64,000 nucleotides of DNA from assembly GCA_029838195.1 (NCBI GenBank), contig JALGVJ010000002.1, positions 133,893 through 197,892 on the forward strand, read 5' to 3'. This DNA comes from Promethearchaeota archaeon. GTDB lineage: Archaea > Asgardarchaeota > Lokiarchaeia > Sigyniarchaeales > SOKP01. Positions 1 to 8,430 of this stretch are shown here, in pieces. The translations under genes were made by a program, and so were the position numbers. The notes under the pieces are model-generated. The model worked only from the letters and a program-made list of their open reading frames with translations. It was not told the origin of the DNA and ran no database searches. The stretch's first letter is position 1, and every line of letters starts with the position of its first letter.

Positions 1-376
1 TAAATAAGTTGAATCGAAGATATTCATCATAATCAAGAAAGAATTTAAAAATGCAATCATCTACGGGTAAGTCATTGTCATTTTCAGGGTAATTTGTCCT
101 CACTAAGTATTTTTTATATGATAATCGAATTTCTTGGGCTCTAATCCATTCAAATGCCAAATGTGTTAAAGTTTTCCCTTTTTTTAATTTTTCTTCATAT
201 TTTTTTAAGAAAAAAGTTAGATATTTTATTGAATTTCCGATGGAATTATTTAATAAGAATCTAGCAGTTATTTCTTCTTGGGAATGAGAAGAAAACTGAT
301 TTTTTACTCGTTTATAAAAAAAATTTAATTTTTTTTCATCGATTTTATATAATTGTTCAATCTCTCTTTTTATCAT
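1..376 (-). CDS. Hypothetical protein, partial (runs off the left window edge)
   Basis: Manual translation from ATG at 376: MIKREIEQLYKIDEKKLNFFYKRVKNQFSSHSQEEITARF..., open to the edge; starts just after the stop of 398..1411. Confidence 0.7.
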   Translation of the reverse strand, partial: MIKREIEQLYKIDEKKLNFFYKRVKNQFSSHSQEEITARFLLNNSIGNSIKYLTFFLKKYEEKLKKGKTLTHLAFEWIRAQEIRLSYKKYLVRTNYPENDNDLPVDDCIFKFFLDYDEYLRFNLF

Positions 377-397
377 TTTCTCATCACTTAATATGAA

Positions 398-1411
398 TTA
401 TTCTCTTTTATCTAAAAGAAGCTTAATTTTATTCAATTCTTCCTCAGAATTAAGGCCCCAAGGAGTTAGATTCAATTCGGAATTTATCTCAATAATTAAA
501 TCATCTAAATTTTTTTTTGAATCTAAACCACTTCTTAATTTTTTTCTAAAAAATGCTATATTAGTTGGAAATCCTTCCTTTTTTATATTTGTAGGAGTCA
601 ATATTACACCATAACTTTTTTTATGAGAATTTGAAATAAGGAATTCTTCTAAATAGAAAATCTTCTTTTGGTTTGAGCTTAAATTAATTTGTCGAATGTT
701 AGAGTACACTCCTCTAATTTCAAATAAATTCAAGGTTTCATTGATTAGCTTCTCGTAATAGTCTGGTAAAACAGCTAATACATAAAAAGAAGGAAGTTCC
801 TTTCCGTGCTGTTTTATAAATGAAGGATCAAATGTATACAGGTTTCCTTGTTTACTTTTGCCGACACTTTCTCTCTCGATAACTCCTAAGCATTCATATC
901 TTGTTTGCTCTTCCCAATATATTTTTCTTGCAGCTCCTAGTGAATAATTAATCAAATTAAGACCTCTTTTTAACTCATTTTTTATGATTAATTCTTCATT
1001 TACTTGGCTTTTTGAAGCTTTATTAATATAACGATCTTCGATGATGCTAGGATGAATGTATTTCTTTAATTCATCATGGATTAGCCTTATATCTTCAGTA
1101 TAAGGAGAACCAATAAAGGTAAATAGGTTTGTCGTGCCTTGTTCAGTCTCCAAGTGGGAATTTAAGCCAAAAAACGATTGAATCACATCAATATCAGTTG
1201 AATTTTTTATATCTAAAGAAAGGCTCGATTCTATCAATTCAATTTTCCATTGACCAAATTCAATGTCCGATTCGGCCAAAAAAACAGGTCCTAAAAACTT
1301 AAAACTTAGCATTTTCAAGTTATCCACGTTTTCCGCAGATATCTCTCGAGAATATTTAATTCTCTCATATACTAATTTATTTTCATCTGAGAAGAACAAA
1401 CCACTTAGCAA
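398..1411 (-). CDS. Hypothetical protein (337 aa)
   Basis: Long ORF with TTG start; no family motif recognised with confidence. Confidence 0.75.
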   Translation of the reverse strand: MLSGLFFSDENKLVYERIKYSREISAENVDNLKMLSFKFLGPVFLAESDIEFGQWKIELIESSLSLDIKNSTDIDVIQSFFGLNSHLETEQGTTNLFTFIGSPYTEDIRLIHDELKKYIHPSIIEDRYINKASKSQVNEELIIKNELKRGLNLINYSLGAARKIYWEEQTRYECLGVIERESVGKSKQGNLYTFDPSFIKQHGKELPSFYVLAVLPDYYEKLINETLNLFEIRGVYSNIRQINLSSNQKKIFYLEEFLISNSHKKSYGVILTPTNIKKEGFPTNIAFFRKKLRSGLDSKKNLDDLIIEINSELNLTPWGLNSEEELNKIKLLLDKRE

Positions 1412-1622
1412 AATAAACCCCTAAATTAAAATATAAAGTATTAAACACAATCTTAATATTTCAAAAAATTATAATTTAAAATACTTTCGTTTTAATAAAA
1501 TAAATTTTGCTATTAATATCTTATTCAATCTCGTAAAGATATTTGGAAAGCTCTTGTTTAAATAAAAGTTTTATTTTCTTAATCTCAAACACGAATTTCT
1601 TTAATTAAAATAAAGCATGATC

Positions 1623-1815
1623 ATGAATACTAGTGAAAATTTTGAAGAAATATTAAAAAAATTTTTTTTAGAGGAATTAGAAAGTATAAAAAACGAATTG
1701 GATTGCTTTTTTTAAAAAAAATAAACAAAAATTGACAGAAAAGGAGAAAAAATTAGGTAAATCAATTATTGATTATTACATTCCTAATATTAAAGAAATA
1801 GGTAATGGAGAATAA
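1623..1815 (+). pseudogene. Small (~63 aa) ORF broken by one extra base in a T7A8 run
   Basis: MNTSENFEEILKKFFLEELESIKNELDCFF ends at TAA within T7A8 (1707-1721); removing one T continues as KKNKQKLTEKEKKLGKSIIDYYIPNIKEIGNGE*. Confidence 0.4.
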
Positions 1816-2055
1816 AAATTCAATTATCTCCAATCATGAAAAAAGGAAATCAAAACACCTTGACCTTTTCTAACCTATAAATTAATTTCAATTGAAAAAC
1901 ATTTATTACTTAGGCTTTTGATATGATCTATTCTTTTTGGAGTGTAATGATTTCAATCATTATAATTCCCCTCACTATGGTACATGTAAAAATTATTTAA
2001 TACATGCTTTAAATTATTATATTAATTAAAAATAAGGTAAAATCTTTTATTCTTC

Positions 2056-3126
2056 ATGATTAAAAGAATTATTATCGTCCATTGGAATCGGCAGTCAGGT
2101 CCAGAGCCTATTATTCAATATCCTCCTGAAAAATCTTTTCCTAAAAAGAATATACTATTAAAAATTTGGAGCCAACATGAATTAACGAATGATTCTATAA
2201 TCGACTTTTATTCTGATGAAGATAAGCAAGAATATATTTCCATCCTGCAACAACACGGAGGAGAACTGTATTATCTTCTCTTAGTACAAGAAAAAAGCGA
2301 ATTCATTGGAAGCTTGATGGATTATAGTGATATTTTAGCAATATTAAGTAAAAATTTGATCGAGTTGTTAAATACTAATAAAATCACAAGAGCAGTGTAC
2401 GAAGCATTTAATACCATAAACAATTACGGAAGATTAGAGAAGGAAGAAAACCTTTTAAGTTTCTTTACCGATAAAATTAAATTTACCATTTTAGAGATAT
2501 TAAGAGAAGGAGTTATCTCGAAATCTGAATTGATTAATATCTTGAAGAAAGAATATGGGTTTTCTCCAGCTAATATTGATCTCTTAATAATTTCATTTAT
2601 TCGAGAACAAATGCTTATCAAACGGGATGTTCCTGGGCGTAAGGATGATTATTTTATGATAAAAGATTTATTCATAACGAGAGTGCTCCCTAAAAATTTA
2701 TTTTCTCTTGTAAAAGATATGGAAAAAGAGGACTTTCAAAATTTACGCGTGCGTTTACTTTCCATTTATCGTGATTCCGATTTTGTTTCAGACATTAATG
2801 AGAAAATTCTAATAAATTTTCTAATGAATAAAGATGTATTTACTTTAATTAAAAAATTGAGAAAAACCTCTTTATTAGTTGTAGAATGCCTAAGTTTTTT
2901 AAATAATAATGAAGACCTGTTTAATGAATTAATAGAAAATAAAATCATTTATGAGAATAAAGGATCCGTGTACCTCATATCTGATTTAAGATTTATTAAA
3001 TTTACTCCTTTTTATCTCTTAAATAAATTATTAAAACGATATCATAGAAATGAAATCTCTTCCGATGAACTATTCATTCATGCAGATTTACTTGTTCGGA
3101 GCAAGAATGAATATGAAATAATTTAG
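2056..3126 (+). CDS. uDENN/longin-type (NPRL2-like) protein with winged-helix region
   Basis: N-terminal IIIVHWNRQSGPEPIIQYP fits the F/W-x4-GP-x4-P start of uDENN/NPR2 domains; ILEILREGVISKSELINILKKEYG looks like a winged HTH. Confidence 0.6.
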   Translation: MIKRIIIVHWNRQSGPEPIIQYPPEKSFPKKNILLKIWSQHELTNDSIIDFYSDEDKQEYISILQQHGGELYYLLLVQEKSEFIGSLMDYSDILAILSKNLIELLNTNKITRAVYEAFNTINNYGRLEKEENLLSFFTDKIKFTILEILREGVISKSELINILKKEYGFSPANIDLLIISFIREQMLIKRDVPGRKDDYFMIKDLFITRVLPKNLFSLVKDMEKEDFQNLRVRLLSIYRDSDFVSDINEKILINFLMNKDVFTLIKKLRKTSLLVVECLSFLNNNEDLFNELIENKIIYENKGSVYLISDLRFIKFTPFYLLNKLLKRYHRNEISSDELFIHADLLVRSKNEYEII

Positions 3127-3132
3127 AAAAGG

Positions 3133-3717
3133 TTAAATCTCTACATGAAATGGTAATTTAAAATAGTAAGAAGGCTTTATGTTAAGAGTCTTAACTACAG
3201 AAAGATAATTTGGTTCAAATACTTGAAGATAGGGCGGTTTTTCGCCTTCTTCTTTTTTAATTTTTGAACTAATAAAAAAATGGGGAACGTAGGCGGGAAC
3301 TAATACATTAATTCCAACTTGGTATTCTAAACCAATTAGATCTTCAATCTTTAATCTAGAGATTTGGTCTTTTAATAACTCTAATTTCGAATCGAGTGAT
3401 TTTCTCAATAGTTTTTTCATGAAGGAAGGGGAAAAATTAGGTACAACTAGATAGGGTTTAGCATTAATTTTCATGCTTGCCTTGAGTTGAACAACCCATT
3501 CTGGAAAAGGATGAATTTCTAATAACCTTTCTCTTTCTAAATCTAAAACCAAATCTCCTACCAAAAGAGTTCCCAAATCATGGGAATATCTTTCTTTAAA
3601 TAGCTTGATATCCTCATTGGGTTGTTGGATTTCAAATAAATGGGCATATATCTCTTTATTTTCTTGATAACATTTAAAATTAATAATTTTTTTAATTTTT
3701 AGGGCACGGTCACTCAT
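3133..3717 (-). CDS. Hypothetical protein (194 aa)
   Basis: Intact ORF with ATG start, convergent with the previous gene. Confidence 0.7.
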   Translation of the reverse strand: MSDRALKIKKIINFKCYQENKEIYAHLFEIQQPNEDIKLFKERYSHDLGTLLVGDLVLDLERERLLEIHPFPEWVVQLKASMKINAKPYLVVPNFSPSFMKKLLRKSLDSKLELLKDQISRLKIEDLIGLEYQVGINVLVPAYVPHFFISSKIKKEEGEKPPYLQVFEPNYLSVVKTLNIKPSYYFKLPFHVEI

Positions 3718-3819
3718 TAAAATCCATTTAAATTTATTTTTAGTATATATAAAATTATTTTATTTAAAAAGGCCATAATATTAATAAAATAATTTAATAA
3801 AAAAGAAAAAGCCTCCTTT

Positions 3820-4698
3820 TTAAATACGTTTTAATAGAAATTCGACTAATCGTCGATTTTTTTTAACATTTTCATAAACTTTAAAGTGGTTGGCTTCGAG
3901 AAATTCTTTTAAGGAATCCCAATCTTTCTTAATTTCGTCGGATAGGTCTTTTAAAATAACCTTTAATGGTTCAAATTCATTTGTATAAATTAACTCATCA
4001 TTTACCCGGTTAGCCTCCTTTGAGAGTAGAAATAAGTAGTAGTCAATTAAATCCTCAGGATTCATGACATTATCCGGTTTATTCCCATCTCCAGCTTTCT
4101 CGCCTCTTAATAATTTTGTGTCTACCATCGTAGGCAGAATTGAATTGATGGTTATATTTTCTTTTTTATATTCTAATGCCAATGCTTTTTGCAATCCTAC
4201 TACGCCGTATTTTGAAGCCGTATACGCCGCAAATTTCGGCATGGCATTCGGATATGCTGCACTTCCGGTGATGATGAATCTTGCCTTATCCTTTTTATCA
4301 TCCCTCTTTAGGTAAGGAAATGCCGCTTTAAATGCATGAAATACTCCGTTTATATTCACATTGATAATGGTTGCAAATTTTTCAGGACTAAATTCGTGTG
4401 TATTCCATCTCCCTGAAGCTCCTGCATTTGCTATCACAGCGTTTAAAGGACCTAACTCGTCATAAAAATATTTGAATAATTTCTCTATTTCTTCATAATT
4501 CGTAACATCAGCTGTTTTTATTACAATTTTACCCGATACACCAAGATTTTCAATTTCTTTTTTAACTTGTTCTAATTCTTCTAAAGTTCTTGAGGTTAGT
4601 CCTACATTTGCCCCTTCCCTTGCACATGCTATAGCCACGGCTTTCCCGATGCCTCGTCCCGAACCCGTGATTACAATATTTTTATTTTTTAAAAGCAA
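3820..4698 (-). CDS. Short-chain dehydrogenase/reductase (SDR)
   Basis: TGSGRGIG Rossmann motif, ANAG, catalytic YTASK. Confidence 0.93.
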   Translation of the reverse strand: MLLKNKNIVITGSGRGIGKAVAIACAREGANVGLTSRTLEELEQVKKEIENLGVSGKIVIKTADVTNYEEIEKLFKYFYDELGPLNAVIANAGASGRWNTHEFSPEKFATIINVNINGVFHAFKAAFPYLKRDDKKDKARFIITGSAAYPNAMPKFAAYTASKYGVVGLQKALALEYKKENITINSILPTMVDTKLLRGEKAGDGNKPDNVMNPEDLIDYYLFLLSKEANRVNDELIYTNEFEPLKVILKDLSDEIKKDWDSLKEFLEANHFKVYENVKKNRRLVEFLLKRI

Positions 4699-4994
4699 TT
4701 TTTCACCTTTTTTTCTTAAAATTTTTGTTTAATGAATCATGATGCTTGGTTTAATCATTATCCTTAATATGTGAAAAATTTTTTCCTTAATTAGAGGAAT
4801 TTTAATTATTCTACAACTTCTTTTTAAAATTTAAAAGTTAGGATCTTTTCAGTTAAAAAGTAAAAAAAATTAGCAGCAGAGGTTATTACATTCCTTAAAG
4901 TAAAATAACAATTTAGGAAGAGTAAAAATTTAAAAATTCTTTTTAGTATAAATATTATAATTTAATTCATTTCAAATTAATTCAGAAAAAAGTC

Positions 4995-5744
4995 ATGAGT
5001 TTTATAACAGAAGGTAAAGCGGCTTTAAAAAAAATCATATCAGTAGTCGAGGAAATCGATAATTTAAACATAGATTCAATGCCTAGAATTAAAGAATACT
5101 CTCAAAATCTTCTAGAAATGATTGGCGATTTTGAAAACACCAGACTAAATAACTTAAAAAAGATTGAAACAAATACAGAAGAGATCAATTCACTAAAGAA
5201 CAAGATTTCTCAAAATAATCGAGATATTGCTAATTTAGAGGAAAAAAATCAAGAATTAATGAAAAATAGAGACAATCTCTTGAATAGGATTCAAGAAAAA
5301 CAAAAGGAAATTGTGGATACCCAAGACCAAATTAAAGCAAAAAAAGAAGAGTTAGAAGCAAGAACCCAGAGATTAGAGGAACTGGAAGCAAGGATCACGG
5401 AATTGAACCAATTACAAACAGAAATCGAAGAGAAACTGAAAAAATTAGAAGAAGATCTAAAAGAAGAGTACGAGAAAAAAAATACTTATCTTCGTACCTT
5501 TAAAAATCGAGTAGAAGCTATTAAATCCTTGATTAGAAAAGATTACATTCGTTCTGATCAATTAAAGGTTATAAAATCGCTTCAAGTTGATGCGGCTTTA
5601 GATATTAAAGGCATATCTTCGGCTACGGGTATACCTATAGATAGAGTTAAATTAATCCTTTCCCAAATGGTTCAAGCCAATGGCCCTATTGAATATGATC
5701 CTAAAGCAGGTGTAGTTACATTAAAGGAGGAGGTTGATTTCTAA
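4995..5744 (+). CDS. Long coiled-coil protein with C-terminal winged helix
   Basis: E/K/Q/L heptads over about aa 50-180; C-terminal LDIKGISSATGIPIDRVKLILSQM...IEYD..VVTL (HTH plus wing). Confidence 0.75.
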   Translation: MSFITEGKAALKKIISVVEEIDNLNIDSMPRIKEYSQNLLEMIGDFENTRLNNLKKIETNTEEINSLKNKISQNNRDIANLEEKNQELMKNRDNLLNRIQEKQKEIVDTQDQIKAKKEELEARTQRLEELEARITELNQLQTEIEEKLKKLEEDLKEEYEKKNTYLRTFKNRVEAIKSLIRKDYIRSDQLKVIKSLQVDAALDIKGISSATGIPIDRVKLILSQMVQANGPIEYDPKAGVVTLKEEVDF

Positions 5745-6469
5745 TGGTAAAAGAAATACTTGGACAAATAGAACAATTTGAAACGACATTTGATACCTAT
5801 TTGCAATTATTGAAAAAAAATAACGATGAGATATATCAGAACATCAGTATAACTTGGAAAAAAATGCAAGAAGCACTTAAAGAAAATGATGAATTGCTAA
5901 AAACCTTATCACAACAGACTTCTGAATTGACCGAATTGCGCACGAAAAGCGAAGAATTAGATAAAACCATCGAAGCTTTAAACGAAAAAAGAGAGAATCT
6001 CAATTCAAAAATTAATGAATTGAATGCTGCTTTAGAAACTGCCGTCAACGACTTAAAAAATCCCCAATTAGAACTTGAGAACTTAAATTCGAAGCTTCAA
6101 GTAGTAAATGAAAAAATAAGTGCTAAGGAAAATGAGAAAACCGCATTAGACCAAAGAAGGATTGAAAATGAAAATAAAGAGCAAGCCTTGAATGCCGAAT
6201 ACGGCAAGAAGATGGAAGAATTAGAAAAACAAATCCAACAACTAAAAAGAGAAAACTTCTTCAGTTCGTTCCTCATTGACCATTCAGATGAAGAAATCCA
6301 TGAAGTCGATATCTTAGCCATTATAATGGAGAAAAAATCGGCAAAATTAGATGAGTTGAAAAAATTATTAGATATTCCTCCTATTATGGCTCAGAGAACA
6401 ATAATGCAACTTGGAGTGAAGGGTATACTTAAAATTGATGAAGGTTCTGGGACAGTGAGCTTATTATAA
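5744..6469 (+). CDS. Long coiled-coil protein with C-terminal winged helix (probable paralogue of the upstream gene)
   Basis: Heptads over about aa 40-170; C-terminal AKLDELKKLLDIPPIMAQRTIMQLGVKGILKID..TVSL; TAATG stop/start overlap with a GGAGG upstream. Confidence 0.75.
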   Translation: MVKEILGQIEQFETTFDTYLQLLKKNNDEIYQNISITWKKMQEALKENDELLKTLSQQTSELTELRTKSEELDKTIEALNEKRENLNSKINELNAALETAVNDLKNPQLELENLNSKLQVVNEKISAKENEKTALDQRRIENENKEQALNAEYGKKMEELEKQIQQLKRENFFSSFLIDHSDEEIHEVDILAIIMEKKSAKLDELKKLLDIPPIMAQRTIMQLGVKGILKIDEGSGTVSLL

Positions 6470-6692
6470 TAATTAAAAATAGTTTAATGATTATTTTTGA
6501 GTTATTTATTTTTCCTTTATTTTTCTTTTAAAATTAAGAAATAATATAGAAATAATTCTTGCTAAAAATTGTATGAGAACTTAATATTTTTTATTCTGGA
6601 AAAAATAAACTTAAAATGAAAGGTTTTTCTGATTGTTTTCTTTTTTTTAAATTAAATCTCATTATTAATTAGTATTTTTCAGAATTATTCTT

Positions 6693-7448
6693 ATGTATAA
6701 TCATAATCTAAGAAGTAGAAAATATTTTAATCGATTTGAATTAAAATATCTAATTTCTTTAAAAACTCGTGATAATATCATCAAATATATAACTCCCTTG
6801 ATGAAATTAGATCCGCATATAAAATATTACAATTATGAAGTTAGAAGTTTATATTTTGACTCTTTTTTTGGAAATTTTTATTTTGATAAAATTGATGGAT
6901 TAAAACAACGTGTAAAATTAAGAGTTCGATTTTATCCTGATCAAAAAAAATGTAATGATGAATTAGCCTTTATTGAAATAAAAAAAAAAAATAATGAAAA
7001 TGTAATTAAGCAGAGGATAATAGTACCTCTTAATGATGTTTTTCAAATAATTGATGCAAATTCTCAAAAAGCAAAAGATTTTTACAATAATGCAACTCTT
7101 CATGAAAAAAAAATATTAAATGAAATTTGGTATTTAAAAAGAAAATATCATCTTCATCCTATCAGTGTAGTGATTTATCAGCGCCAAGCATTCCAATCTA
7201 AAATAGAAAAAACTTTCAGAGTTACTTTTGATTCAAAAATTAAAGCACGAAATTTCAATTTTAATTTAAAAGAAAAAGAGGGTACTAAATTTATAATTCC
7301 CCAAAACCTTATTATAATGGAATTAAAATTTAATAGTGTTATCCCTAATTGGGCATTAAATATATTACAAGGTAATGATTGTATTCATGAAAAAATTTCA
7401 AAATATGCTTTAGGTTTAAATAAAATTCACACTTTCCGTTTAATATAA
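6693..7448 (+). CDS. VTC-domain (polyphosphate polymerase-like, CYTH fold) protein
   Basis: RFELKY, VRSLYFD, KLRVRFY, FIEIKKK, YQRQAF, RVTFD, IMELKF, ISKY motifs. Confidence 0.88.
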   Translation: MYNHNLRSRKYFNRFELKYLISLKTRDNIIKYITPLMKLDPHIKYYNYEVRSLYFDSFFGNFYFDKIDGLKQRVKLRVRFYPDQKKCNDELAFIEIKKKNNENVIKQRIIVPLNDVFQIIDANSQKAKDFYNNATLHEKKILNEIWYLKRKYHLHPISVVIYQRQAFQSKIEKTFRVTFDSKIKARNFNFNLKEKEGTKFIIPQNLIIMELKFNSVIPNWALNILQGNDCIHEKISKYALGLNKIHTFRLI

Positions 7449-7490
7449 TGTTTAATAAATTTTTTTTTTAAATTATTATTTTACTCTCAT

Positions 7491-8276
7491 ATGAAATTTC
7501 AAGAAGAATTCCTTATTTCAAATTTTTTTTTTACGTTTATTGAAGAATCATTTTTAAATTTATATACAGATATTAGACCAATAACTGTAATAGATATCAT
7601 CATAATGTTATTCTGGAGTATAATTCTCTCAACCATAATTGCAACAACCTATCGCGGGACTCATAAATCTGTTTCTTATTCACAAAATTTTACACAATCC
7701 TTAATTATATTGAATATTATCATTAGTGCTGTCATGTTAATTGTAGGTACCAATATTGCTCGAGCTTTTACCCTTATAGGAGCTCTTTCAATCATTCGAT
7801 TCCGTACAGCTATAAAAGATACCAGGGATATCGCATTTATTTTTTTTACCATGGTAATAGGAATGGCATGTGGTGCTAGATTTTATCTTTTAGCTATAAT
7901 TGTAACTTTAATTTTATGTAGTTTAATCTATTACATGTCTCATGTACAATTTGGGAGAAAACATATTCAGCAGGACATATTAGAAATGGATATACCTTTA
8001 AATGAAAATTATGTGGATCCATTAAAACCTATTTTTGAAAAATATTTAAAATATTATACTATTTTAGGTGTTGAATCTCTCGATCCCTATAGTAATCGCG
8101 TGAGTTTTTTAATAACGTTTAAAAGTAGCAGAGCAAATCTAAAATTTTTAAAATTTAAAGAAAAAGAGCAAAATAATAGTCCGGATCAGAGAATGGAATT
8201 ATTAAAGGATCTTCAAAAAGTGGGGTTTATTAATAATATAAAATTAATTGAAGGAACGAATTCAATTGAATTATAA
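7491..8276 (+). CDS. DUF4956-family membrane protein
   Basis: NIARAFTLIGALSIIRFRTAIKDTRDIAFIF..M.IGMACG signature; adjacent to the VTC gene. Confidence 0.88.
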   Translation: MKFQEEFLISNFFFTFIEESFLNLYTDIRPITVIDIIIMLFWSIILSTIIATTYRGTHKSVSYSQNFTQSLIILNIIISAVMLIVGTNIARAFTLIGALSIIRFRTAIKDTRDIAFIFFTMVIGMACGARFYLLAIIVTLILCSLIYYMSHVQFGRKHIQQDILEMDIPLNENYVDPLKPIFEKYLKYYTILGVESLDPYSNRVSFLITFKSSRANLKFLKFKEKEQNNSPDQRMELLKDLQKVGFINNIKLIEGTNSIEL

Positions 8277-8320
8277 TATATTTAATGATTTTTTAATTAA
8301 TAATTTTTTAATCTATAAGT

Positions 8321-8378
8321 ATAAAATTGTTTTGATTTATTTTCTATAAATAAAATTGTTTTGATTTATTTTCTATAA
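8321..8378. repeat. Perfect 2 x 29-bp tandem duplication
   Basis: ATAAAATTGTTTTGATTTATTTTCTATAA at 8321-8349 and 8350-8378, between convergent genes. Confidence 0.9.
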
Positions 8379-8430
8379 AAATATTATCTTCTCTATTTGA
8401 TGGACCTCTCTCTTCTAAGATATAAAAATT

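Noticed and set aside
8321-8378. 29-bp direct repeat as a CRISPR remnant.
   Set aside because: The two copies abut with no spacer and there are no cas genes in the window.
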